64,000 nucleotides of DNA from Alphaproteobacteria bacterium (GTDB lineage Bacteria; Pseudomonadota; Alphaproteobacteria; CAAHEQ01; UBA3637). Positions 11,274 to 20,258 of this stretch are shown in pieces (positions within the stretch are counted from its first letter, which is position 1; each line of letters opens with the position of its first letter). The notes under the pieces were generated by a model. It made no database searches. It saw only the letters and a list, made by a program, of their open reading frames with translations, and had not been told where the DNA came from. A program made the position numbers and the translations under genes. The stretch covers positions 42,692-106,691 of the forward strand of contig JAGCYU010000027.1 in assembly GCA_017960645.1 (NCBI GenBank), read 5' to 3'.

Positions 11274-12239
11274 TTATAAACTTACCTTTTCAAAACTTGC
11301 TAAAAAAAATCCATCGGTACATGTGGTTGCCGGCGTCCATTGTTGATGGTGAATGAGCTTAAAATCAGGATTGTGTTTTAAAAAAGTGCGCATCTGTGAT
11401 TGGTTTTCCATCTCTAAAAGAGAACAGGTTATATAATGCAATTTACCATCTTTTGCAACAAATTTAGTGGCTTTATTTAAAATTTCCATTTGCAAAGCAA
11501 CCAGTTTTTTAACTTGTGCTTGTGTTAATTTGAACCTGGCGTCCGGACATCTGCGCCACGTTCCACTACCAGAACACGGGGCATCCACAACAACATGCAA
11601 AAATTTTCCTTGTGGTTTTAACGTCGTTTCAATTTGCACCCCCGCTCTTTTAGCTCGTTTTTGTAATTCTTGCAAACTGCGCTTAGAAATATCATGCGCA
11701 ACGATTCGTCCTTTTCCTTGCATCATCCACGCAAAGCAAAGCGACTTTCCCCCTGCCCCGGCGCAATAATCCAAGACTGTATCACCAGCTTGAATCCCTG
11801 TTGCCAAGGCCGCTAATTGAGATCCTTCATCTTGTACTTCAATTACTCCCTGTTGGTAAAGTGGATTCGTATTTAAATCGAATCGCTTATCGCAAACCAA
11901 ACCCAAGGGGGAAATGGGTGTTAATGTTGTCACGATCCCTTGTTCTGAAAGAAGCTGCTGCATTTGCATACGATCGCCATTCACACGCAAAATAAAATCC
12001 GCAGGCATATTCATGGCCTGTAATTCTTTTTCAGAGATTAATTTTTGTATCCATTTGGGTGTTGGCCGAGCACGCAATTCATCCCATACTTTTTGCGTTA
12101 AAATTTTTCTGTCTTTCGACCCGATATAGCGACGCGAACGCGTATAATGATTCAACACCTCATTTGCTGGTACAGATGTAACATCAATTTCATTCAAAAC
12201 TTCTTGAACTGCAATTTCAATCTGCTCAGGCTTCATCAT
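11274..12239 (-). CDS. RsmB/NOP2/Sun-family 16S rRNA m5C methyltransferase
   Basis: DYCAGAGGKS SAM-binding motif, VVDAPCSGSGTWRR catalytic Cys motifs, C-terminal TCSLLEMENQ. The ORF extends to 12308, but that would overlap rlmE; an internal M at ~12236-12239 is the likely start. Confidence 0.8.
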   Translation of the reverse strand: MMKPEQIEIAVQEVLNEIDVTSVPANEVLNHYTRSRRYIGSKDRKILTQKVWDELRARPTPKWIQKLISEKELQAMNMPADFILRVNGDRMQMQQLLSEQGIVTTLTPISPLGLVCDKRFDLNTNPLYQQGVIEVQDEGSQLAALATGIQAGDTVLDYCAGAGGKSLCFAWMMQGKGRIVAHDISKRSLQELQKRAKRAGVQIETTLKPQGKFLHVVVDAPCSGSGTWRRCPDARFKLTQAQVKKLVALQMEILNKATKFVAKDGKLHYITCSLLEMENQSQMRTFLKHNPDFKLIHHQQWTPATTCTDGFFLASFEKVSL

Positions 12240-12927
12240 TCCCCCGAAAGCCCAAAGCAACAACATAAAATTCAGAAGAATCTTTACGACTGGCATCGGG
12301 CTTAACATGTTTAATTGTTTTAAAGTCTTTTTTCATTTGAGCCAAAAATTTATTTTCAGTTCCACCTTGAAAAATCTTGGCAATAAAAATGCCATTCGGA
12401 TTTAAAACTTGCACAGCAAATGCATACGCCATTTTCAATAAGTTCATTATGCGCAAATGATCCGTCATGTGATTGCCCGTGGTATTAGCCGCCATATCGC
12501 TCATCACAACATCTGCTTTATGACCACCCAATAATTCCTGCAATACAACAGGCGCATCATCCGAAGTAAAATCCATTTGAATCATTCTGGCTCCGGCAAT
12601 AGGGGCTGTTGGTAATAAATCCAACCCGACAACCAACGGATTATTTTCTGTTGAACGCACCGCTTTCACTGCTATTTGAGTCCAACCGCCGGGGGCACAT
12701 CCTAAATCTACAACCCTTTTACCGGGGGCAAACAAATGAAATTGTCGATCCATTTGTTGCAATTTAAATGCAGCCCGGCCACGAAATCCCAAATGATGTG
12801 CCTCTGCCACATAAGGATCATTTATTTGGCGTTGTAACCATGCCGCACTAGATTTAGTTCTAGACCGTTTACGGTGCAATTTTTCTTTTAAAGGACGCGC
12901 ATTAAATGCCATGCAGATATTATACAC
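12226..12927 (-). CDS. rlmE: 23S rRNA (uridine2552-2'-O)-methyltransferase RlmE/FtsJ
   Basis: VVDLGCAPGGWTQ SAM motif, DVVMSDMAAN and K-D-K-E catalytic arrangement typical of FtsJ. Confidence 0.88.
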   Translation of the reverse strand: MYNICMAFNARPLKEKLHRKRSRTKSSAAWLQRQINDPYVAEAHHLGFRGRAAFKLQQMDRQFHLFAPGKRVVDLGCAPGGWTQIAVKAVRSTENNPLVVGLDLLPTAPIAGARMIQMDFTSDDAPVVLQELLGGHKADVVMSDMAANTTGNHMTDHLRIMNLLKMAYAFAVQVLNPNGIFIAKIFQGGTENKFLAQMKKDFKTIKHVKPDASRKDSSEFYVVALGFRGNDEA

Positions 12928-12974
12928 AAAAAAGCCCCCTTTGTCAAAAGAGGGCTTTAAGGAACCTAATCAAA

Positions 12975-13637
12975 CTATTGTGGGTTAATTAATGTAATTT
13001 CCACACGACGATTTTGTTCGCGTCCGGCAGCAGTATTATTGCTGGCAATAGGGTTTTGAGGTCCCAAACCATCCACAATAATTCGACTTAAATTAACACC
13101 GCGCAACCGTAAATAGTTAGATACAGCATTAGCCCGGCGTAATGACAAAGCATTGTTTGTTGTCACTGTACCAGTGCTATCTGTATAACCAATAATTTGA
13201 ACCATTGTTTTGTCATATTCATTGATAACCTTGGCAACAGAATCCAAAACAGGTTCAAACTTAGCAGCAATTGTTGCTTCATTTGTTCCAAAAGTCACAT
13301 TGCCTGGCATAATCAACACAATTTTGTTATCCACTTGTTGTACCTGAACACCTGTGGACAATAATTCTTGACGCAATTTGCGGGCTTGTGCATCCATATA
13401 TGCACCTGTACCGGCACCTGCAACCAAACCTGTTCCTGCACCGATTCCAGCGCCGATTAAAGCACCTTTTTTACCACCAGCCAAAGCTCCGATTCCAGCG
13501 CCCAATCCAGCACCAGCAACGGTTCCGATTCCAGACCCCCAAGCTGTTTTTGAAACTTGCGATTCTCCGGAATATGGATTTGCTGCACATGCACTTAACA
13601 ATGCACAAACAGTTAATGTAATAATTTCTTTTTTCAT
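12975..13637 (-). CDS. OmpA-family lipoprotein with glycine-zipper segment
   Basis: Lipobox LLSAC, a long GxxxG glycine-zipper repeat, and a C-terminal OmpA/MotB peptidoglycan-binding domain (NRRVEI). Confidence 0.8.
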   Translation of the reverse strand: MKKEIITLTVCALLSACAANPYSGESQVSKTAWGSGIGTVAGAGLGAGIGALAGGKKGALIGAGIGAGTGLVAGAGTGAYMDAQARKLRQELLSTGVQVQQVDNKIVLIMPGNVTFGTNEATIAAKFEPVLDSVAKVINEYDKTMVQIIGYTDSTGTVTTNNALSLRRANAVSNYLRLRGVNLSRIIVDGLGPQNPIASNNTAAGREQNRRVEITLINPQ

Positions 13638-13640
13638 GTT

Positions 13641-14717
13641 TCACTCCTTGTTCGTTTTTTTCATCTTATCACACTCGCGCAAAATGTCAATAGGTTTTAA
13701 TTTTCCCTTTTCATTAAAGTACCAAAACGCCCATCCGTTACAGCTTAGGCTATGCTTCATTTTAGCGGCCAGCTGGTGAATTGAACCACGATCAGAACCG
13801 CATTTTAAGCTTCCATCCGCTTGAACAATAGCACAATATTTTCTATCCGCAGAATAAAGTTTTTGCCCTGCTTTTATGATACCATTTGCAACTAAATCAC
13901 CAAACAAAATTTTATTAGGCAATATTCTAACCATGGCACTTAATGTATCATCGGGAAAAACCTTCGTATTTTGAACCCGTTCTTTTGCAAACTTGAAATA
14001 GATTTCATCCTGTTCAATTCCAATCCATTTGCGCCCCAAAGATTTTGCAACCGCACAGGCCGTTCCTGTTCCCATAAATGGATCCAAAATAACATCGCCA
14101 GGATTTGTTGTTGCCATTAAAATACGGTACAAAAGTGCTTCGGGTTTTTGTGTAGGATGCAACGTTTTTCCTTTTCCATCCTTCACACGCTCATGCCCAT
14201 GACATACAGGGATCCACCAATCCGAGCGCATTTGTAAATCTTCGTTAAAGGCTTTTAAACTGTCATAATGAAACGTATATTTAGAATGTGGATTTTTAAC
14301 ACACCAAATCAATGTTTCGTGGGCATTTGTAAAACGTCGCCCTTTAAAATTCGGCATAGGATTCGTTTTGCGCCATATGATGTCATTTAAAATCCAAAAC
14401 CCCTGATTTTGCAAATGATATCCTACCCGAAAAATATTATGATAGGACCCAATAGCCCATAAACATCCATTATCTTTCAATATCCGATAAGCTTCTACCA
14501 ACCATGCCTTTGTAAAAGTATCATAGGCATCAAAATTTTCAAACTTATCCCAATCATCATGTACTGTATGCACTGTTGTTGCATCAGGGCGTACCAACGT
14601 TTTTTTTAATTGTAAAAAATAGGGGGGATCCGAAAAAATTAAATCCACACTTTTATCTGGAATCTGGCGCATAACCTGCAAACAATCGCCACAACATAGT
14701 GAATTTATACACTTCAT
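13641..14717 (-). CDS. ccrM: Cell-cycle-regulated N6-adenine DNA methyltransferase CcrM (beta-class, GANTC-type)
   Basis: ~358 aa. DPPY motif (IFSDPPYFLQL) precedes the FxGxG SAM motif (DPFMGTGT), which is beta-class order. C-terminal nonspecific DNA-binding extension. Alphaproteobacterial hallmark. Confidence 0.85.
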   Translation of the reverse strand: MKCINSLCCGDCLQVMRQIPDKSVDLIFSDPPYFLQLKKTLVRPDATTVHTVHDDWDKFENFDAYDTFTKAWLVEAYRILKDNGCLWAIGSYHNIFRVGYHLQNQGFWILNDIIWRKTNPMPNFKGRRFTNAHETLIWCVKNPHSKYTFHYDSLKAFNEDLQMRSDWWIPVCHGHERVKDGKGKTLHPTQKPEALLYRILMATTNPGDVILDPFMGTGTACAVAKSLGRKWIGIEQDEIYFKFAKERVQNTKVFPDDTLSAMVRILPNKILFGDLVANGIIKAGQKLYSADRKYCAIVQADGSLKCGSDRGSIHQLAAKMKHSLSCNGWAFWYFNEKGKLKPIDILRECDKMKKTNKE

Positions 14718-17700
14718 TCATCTTGACCTTCAATAATAATCACACCAGTTTGAGGCGCTTGTTGTTTTTCCGTATAAAGATCAGATGCATACCGGTAGGC
14801 CATTTCCACTTTTTGGGTTGCATTCTCTATGATGCTATAGACTTTATCAGCTTGTTCTGGAGTCAAATGTCGCCGCAATTGCTCAGATGCGCGTTGCACA
14901 ATTGCTTGTTGTTCTTTACATCCTTGAATGATAGATGCCAAAATATCCAAATATCTTTTTTGTTGATAAAACTGTGTAATTTCATCAATATGACCGGAAA
15001 TAGCAACCAAATTTTCTGCAGTTTTTGATTGATAATAAACCAACTTTTTAGCAAATATCACTTTTTCAGCTTCAATCAATATTCCCTGCGCGTTTTCCAT
15101 TTGTTGCATTGCTTGAATATACCCCGCAACAGTATTGCCCTCTTGCTCTGCAACCGCCCCATTTTTCTCAAATATCGTTTGTGCCTCTTTCAAAAGTGTA
15201 CCGGCTCGTTCATCTGGCGTTGTCCAAACCAACTTTTCCACCTTATTCAGATGTTGCTTTAATCGGTCAGCCATCTCTTTTGCTTCGGCCTGCTTTGTCT
15301 TTAATGTTGCAAGGTTTAACTCTTGAATTTCTTGGAGTTTCCTTGCTTCTTCCTGCTTTTGAATATTTACGATTTCAGACTCTAATGCCTTGACAAATTG
15401 CTTACTATCTACATCATAAATTAAATTTTTATGATTATCCAATGTGTATAAAATTTGTGGCATATTTTGTTCCAACAACACAGACATCTGTGCCTGGACT
15501 TTCCTTGAAGAAAGATCGTATTTTAGATTCCAAGCAGGGACACGCGCTTGTGGGAAAAAAGCATCCCCATCAACAACCTTCATAATCCCTTTGTCCAAGG
15601 TAAAATCAGCTTTAGCAGAACTTACAACAGATTTTCCTTTACTCAACGCTTGCATCAAAGCTGGCTCAAAGACATCAACACTTTCTTTATAATTTTTGGC
15701 CTTATCAACAACATTCTGAGCCGCAGTCATATCTGCGCCAATCCAAACAGGGTCTGTCAAGGACAACACGCCCTGCCCCGAGGAATTTTTAACCATTTCG
15801 GCCGGACTAAATCCTTCAAAATTCAATTTACCCTCTAAACTCAAAATTCCTTTTGTTAAACCGATATTATCCAACATTAAAGCATCAGGTCGTAGAGACA
15901 GGCGTTGAACCTTAATGTCTGCGCTCAGCGTTGGAATTTCTTCATTCCACGCATATTGACCAGAAATTGCTATTTTCGACTCACTTTCCTTTGCCCATTG
16001 TGCTCTAAAATTAGGCACAGAAAATTTTTTATCTTTTAATTCACCAACAAACTCTACATTCCTTAAATCAAAAGATTTATAATACGTTTGATCTGCATTT
16101 AAACGTAAATTAACTGTCCAAGGACTTAATTTTTCCACAGGCAAATTTTGATCTGAGAATCCTGCAACAGAATTATAAATTGGTGCTATATCGGGCAAAA
16201 ATTTTGCAACATCCAGTATGGGCGTCGTTAACTCTGCTTTGATAATCCTGTTGTTTCGTTCATAATACCAATTGCCCTTAAATTTTTGATTCCCAATATC
16301 CAGAGTCATATCATTTGCTTGTAAATTTTGTGCATTTCCAGTTAACTCACCAGAAAACTTTAAGGCCCCTGTTAACTTTGAAAAACCGGAAAAATTATCA
16401 TCTACAGCATACATAAATCCACGGAAGTCTGGATGTGCAAGGTTGACCGTCATGTCTTTTAACCCTTCATTCGTTACTTGTCCGTCAAAAGAAACATTCA
16501 GGTTTTGTCGTTTTAGTGCCCCTTTTGCCAGCCATTCTTTTGCTTGACCAGAAATACCTATTTCTGCAGAAAGTTGCTGTGTTTTATCCCAAAATACAGA
16601 TCCCGTTGTCCATCCTGCACGTTTTAAAAATGTTTCAAAATTTCCTGCAGAAAAAACTAACGCACTAGAATCTAAGAACCAACTTTTTTCTCCTGTATTG
16701 ATTAACTTAACGGTTAAATCCATATTCGCTGTAGCTACATCCTGCATATTAATTTGAGCTGTCATTTCCAACGGGGCAATCACCCCTTGAGCTTTCAACG
16801 ATTGAACCGGTAATCGATGCCAAACTAAATTTTTAACAGTTGCGCTCCAAGCAATAGGGTGTTCAGGCTTTTTCATCGCCTCTATTTGTTGCTCCCATTT
16901 ATAAAACTCATCGGCAATAGATTGCACATTTTCAGACAAAAACAAGGAAATATATTTGTCTAAATTCACTCCATCTAAATCTAATTTTACATTTGTATCA
17001 CCCTGTTCGTTTTTTTCAAACAAAATGCTTCCCTGTGTTTGGTCTAATTCAAAACGAGAAACATCAAACTTGATTTCATCTTTAGCAAAAATAATGTGAC
17101 CTGACATAACTCCTTTTTGACGTAAAGCTTTTTCTGCTATACCATCAAAATGCGGAACCTGTAAAAAACTCAACAGATCTTGAGCATTATCTGTACGCAG
17201 ATCAATGTTGCCATCTATTAAAAGTTTTGGCGCCAATTGAATTTTTCCATTAACTAGCATCATTGTTCCTCCAGGCAAAACACCTGTTAACTTTTGAAGA
17301 GACAATTGTTCATTTTCATATTTTCCTTCAAAATGAATGTCCTCAATTTTTTGACGGTTTACAATCAAACTTTGGATATCTGCAATCCAATTAGTACTTG
17401 TGAATTTATTTCTTTTATCCATCAAATTTAAATTTTTAAAAAAAGGACTCCATTCATTCCAATCGATTGGAGATGTTGTAGTTACTTTCCCATCTAACTT
17501 TTTATGGAATATAAAATACTTCCACTCGGCATTCAAAGCAATCGCCTGTTCTGGGGGCCCTAAACGCATGGTTAAATTATCCCACATGATCTCACTTGGT
17601 GCAATTCCCACTTTAAAGTTTGCCAATATAGCTTCATTTCTGCTTTTTGGAAATTCCGGCCATTTTAATAATTTTAGTAATGTATTGGGTTGACCGACAG

Positions 17701-18475
17701 AGGCCATACCATCTATATCCATGTACTTTTCAACCGCCACATCTTGAACAATTTTTCCAGAAAATTCCAAAGTTGATTGACTTGTTTGTTCTGAAATACG
17801 GCCTGAAAAAGTTAAAGGCTGCGACATTTGCAATTCATCTAATTGTGCAGACATGTTTAATTCAATCCCTGCCCACGTTCCTTTTCCGGCAAAAATCATC
17901 GGACCATTTACAGAATCCAGATTAATTGCTCCTTGAATTTTATCCATCGCAAAAGTTGTGGGTGTCCTGTCATCAACATAATTTACTGTCCCATCTTCTA
18001 TTTCAATAATGTCAATAGCCGTCCTTTTCTGATATTCCCCTAATAAATTTTGTGTTTCCAATTCCATTTTATGCTTAAACAATTTCGAAAACTGCAGGTT
18101 AATATTACTTGCTGACAAACGCTCAATCAACAGCTCTGGATTTTTTAAAATAACTTTTTTAATGCGAACAGGATTAGAAAACAAACTCGTCCATGTAATT
18201 TGGATTTGCACCTCTTTAATAGTGAGCATATTAGGAATTTTAGAATCTGTGACATTTGAAACAGTCATATCTTTTAACGTAAGCGTTGGAATCGGTTGCC
18301 ACTTTAATTCCGGCGCTCCACCAACGGCTATTTCACGACCCGTCATGTCTTGTAAGGCAGCAACAAATTGATTTTGAACAGCCTGAGCATTAAATGAGTG
18401 TGCAATAACCCATGCTACAATTACAACAATACAAACAAAAACCGCCAAACAAATCCATAAGATTTTTTTCAACAT
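14714..18475 (-). CDS. AsmA-like large membrane-anchored protein (1253 aa) with C-terminal coiled-coil region
   Basis: N-terminal TM anchor followed by a long beta-rich AsmA/TamB-like body. The last ~250 aa are coiled-coil-like (QKQEEARKLQEIQELN...). Stop overlaps the ccrM start (ATGA at 14714-14717). Confidence 0.6.
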   Translation of the reverse strand: MLKKILWICLAVFVCIVVIVAWVIAHSFNAQAVQNQFVAALQDMTGREIAVGGAPELKWQPIPTLTLKDMTVSNVTDSKIPNMLTIKEVQIQITWTSLFSNPVRIKKVILKNPELLIERLSASNINLQFSKLFKHKMELETQNLLGEYQKRTAIDIIEIEDGTVNYVDDRTPTTFAMDKIQGAINLDSVNGPMIFAGKGTWAGIELNMSAQLDELQMSQPLTFSGRISEQTSQSTLEFSGKIVQDVAVEKYMDIDGMASVGQPNTLLKLLKWPEFPKSRNEAILANFKVGIAPSEIMWDNLTMRLGPPEQAIALNAEWKYFIFHKKLDGKVTTTSPIDWNEWSPFFKNLNLMDKRNKFTSTNWIADIQSLIVNRQKIEDIHFEGKYENEQLSLQKLTGVLPGGTMMLVNGKIQLAPKLLIDGNIDLRTDNAQDLLSFLQVPHFDGIAEKALRQKGVMSGHIIFAKDEIKFDVSRFELDQTQGSILFEKNEQGDTNVKLDLDGVNLDKYISLFLSENVQSIADEFYKWEQQIEAMKKPEHPIAWSATVKNLVWHRLPVQSLKAQGVIAPLEMTAQINMQDVATANMDLTVKLINTGEKSWFLDSSALVFSAGNFETFLKRAGWTTGSVFWDKTQQLSAEIGISGQAKEWLAKGALKRQNLNVSFDGQVTNEGLKDMTVNLAHPDFRGFMYAVDDNFSGFSKLTGALKFSGELTGNAQNLQANDMTLDIGNQKFKGNWYYERNNRIIKAELTTPILDVAKFLPDIAPIYNSVAGFSDQNLPVEKLSPWTVNLRLNADQTYYKSFDLRNVEFVGELKDKKFSVPNFRAQWAKESESKIAISGQYAWNEEIPTLSADIKVQRLSLRPDALMLDNIGLTKGILSLEGKLNFEGFSPAEMVKNSSGQGVLSLTDPVWIGADMTAAQNVVDKAKNYKESVDVFEPALMQALSKGKSVVSSAKADFTLDKGIMKVVDGDAFFPQARVPAWNLKYDLSSRKVQAQMSVLLEQNMPQILYTLDNHKNLIYDVDSKQFVKALESEIVNIQKQEEARKLQEIQELNLATLKTKQAEAKEMADRLKQHLNKVEKLVWTTPDERAGTLLKEAQTIFEKNGAVAEQEGNTVAGYIQAMQQMENAQGILIEAEKVIFAKKLVYYQSKTAENLVAISGHIDEITQFYQQKRYLDILASIIQGCKEQQAIVQRASEQLRRHLTPEQADKVYSIIENATQKVEMAYRYASDLYTEKQQAPQTGVIIIEGQDE

Positions 18476-18534
18476 TCTCTTCCCCTATAGGGAAAGTATA
18501 ACCTTAACGCTATCAATACGCAAGTATTTTTTCA

Positions 18535-18780
18535 TTAATCTTCTAATTTTATACGAATTTTTTCCAAGATTATTTTTTTATCATACGGTTTTCCATTGTT
18601 TTCCATTACCCAATCAATAGCACGATAAATTTCCGGCCACGTTGCATTTTCATACAATTTCCGCAGTTCTTGTGCAAACTGTTCTTTAGATTTTTCTGTC
18701 ACCAAAAAATCATCTCCAATCACAGATTCTTGAGTTCGTTTTTGTTTCATAAAAGCTTGAGCATCATCCAAAAAACTCAT
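18535..18780 (-). CDS. Small hypothetical protein (~81 aa) immediately downstream of trkH
   Basis: ORF with an internal M (MSFLDDAQAF...) that abuts the trkH stop. The longer reading would overlap trkH. No recognisable domain. Confidence 0.4.
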   Translation of the reverse strand: MSFLDDAQAFMKQKRTQESVIGDDFLVTEKSKEQFAQELRKLYENATWPEIYRAIDWVMENNGKPYDKKIILEKIRIKLED

Positions 18781-20207
18781 ACGTTTTTCCTCCATAAAAA
18801 TGGTAAAAACAGCACAACGATACTTGTGAACTCTAATCGACCAAGCAGCATATCCGCAGACAATATCCATTTAGCGGCATCCGGTAAATTTTCAAAACTC
18901 TGTGTCGGACCAATAACATTTCCCAAAGCAGGACCAACATTACTAACGCAAGTCAATGTACCAGATAAAGCAGTCATATAATCTAAATCCAACGCAGATA
19001 ACGCGATAACAGAACATATAACAGTAATGCAAAACATCCCACAAAAAAACAACACGCCATCCACAATGTCTGTGTCTATAACTTTCTCTCCATAGCGCGC
19101 AACAAACACAGCGTGCGGTTGAACCAAACTTTTCATCCGTTGCACTAAAATGCGCCCCACCACGGCAAACCGAAACATTTTAATGCCGCCACTGGTTGAA
19201 CCTGTGCACGCTCCACTAACTAATAAAATCATAAACACAGCAATTGCGACAGGGCCCCAAACATTATAATCCGATACGACAAAACCTGTCGTCGTCATAA
19301 TAGATACGACTTGGAATAAAATCAGCCGTACATTTTGCCAACCGCAGGCACAACCCAAAATGACAATAGAAATGATGATTCCTTTAACAAAAGTCATAAT
19401 TTGCACATTTGATTTGATACTAGAAAATTGTTTATGGAATATATGCGGACCAATCACCAACGGCAATCCGGCTAAAAACATAAAACCGATTAAAACCCAT
19501 TCGATTGATGTATTTTGATAATAAGCAATACTCTCATCATGTGTTGAAAAACCACCAGTCGCCATCGTCGTCATCGCGTGATTGATAGCATCAAACACAC
19601 CCATCCCAGCAACCCATAAACATACACCGCAACACATCGTTAATAACACAAAATAAATCAAAATGTCGCGCACGCTTTTGCGTACAGTTGGGCTAATTCT
19701 TTCTGATAAAATCACAGATTCAGTTGCGAACAATTGCATGCCACCGATGCGCAGTGCAGGCAATACCACCAACGCCACAACAATGATGCCGATACCTCCA
19801 AACCATTGTGTCATTGACCGCCAAAACAATGTGCCTGGCGATAGCTTATCTATGGTTGAAAAAATACTGGCCCCAGTTGTCGTCAATCCAGATACAGACT
19901 CAAAAAATGCATTTGCAAAAGAGACAGGATTAGGGGGTAAATAAAATGGTATTGCTGCAAACAATGCATACAGCAACCACATTAAAGTTGTTGTCAAAAA
20001 CATTTCTTTTGGGTAAAGAGGCTCTTGTTCTTTTGGGGTTAAAAAATATAGCAAAAATCCTACTGCAAGCGTAAAGCCACCAGCAAGTGTGAACGCATTT
20101 GCCATATCATGTTGATAAAACAAATCCATCAGCGCAGGAACCATCATTAACATTCCGCAACAAATGAGCATCCGTGCATTTATAGCAAAAATCAATCCAA
20201 ACCGCAT
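18777..20207 (-). CDS. trkH: TrkH/KtrB-family potassium uptake protein
   Basis: 476 aa, four MPM repeats with selectivity-filter-like TTTGF/SGLTTTGAS segments. Confidence 0.88.
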   Translation of the reverse strand: MRFGLIFAINARMLICCGMLMMVPALMDLFYQHDMANAFTLAGGFTLAVGFLLYFLTPKEQEPLYPKEMFLTTTLMWLLYALFAAIPFYLPPNPVSFANAFFESVSGLTTTGASIFSTIDKLSPGTLFWRSMTQWFGGIGIIVVALVVLPALRIGGMQLFATESVILSERISPTVRKSVRDILIYFVLLTMCCGVCLWVAGMGVFDAINHAMTTMATGGFSTHDESIAYYQNTSIEWVLIGFMFLAGLPLVIGPHIFHKQFSSIKSNVQIMTFVKGIIISIVILGCACGWQNVRLILFQVVSIMTTTGFVVSDYNVWGPVAIAVFMILLVSGACTGSTSGGIKMFRFAVVGRILVQRMKSLVQPHAVFVARYGEKVIDTDIVDGVLFFCGMFCITVICSVIALSALDLDYMTALSGTLTCVSNVGPALGNVIGPTQSFENLPDAAKWILSADMLLGRLEFTSIVVLFLPFLWRKNV

Positions 20208-20258
20208 CCACTTCTCCTAGGTTTAGGGTAAGCATTTTTTTTGTAAATGTCAACGCAT

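Noticed and set aside
13380-13560. Repetitive GCACC/GGTGC-type periodic sequence.
   Set aside because: It encodes the glycine-zipper (GAGxGAGIGA) segment of the OmpA-family lipoprotein. It is a coding repeat only.
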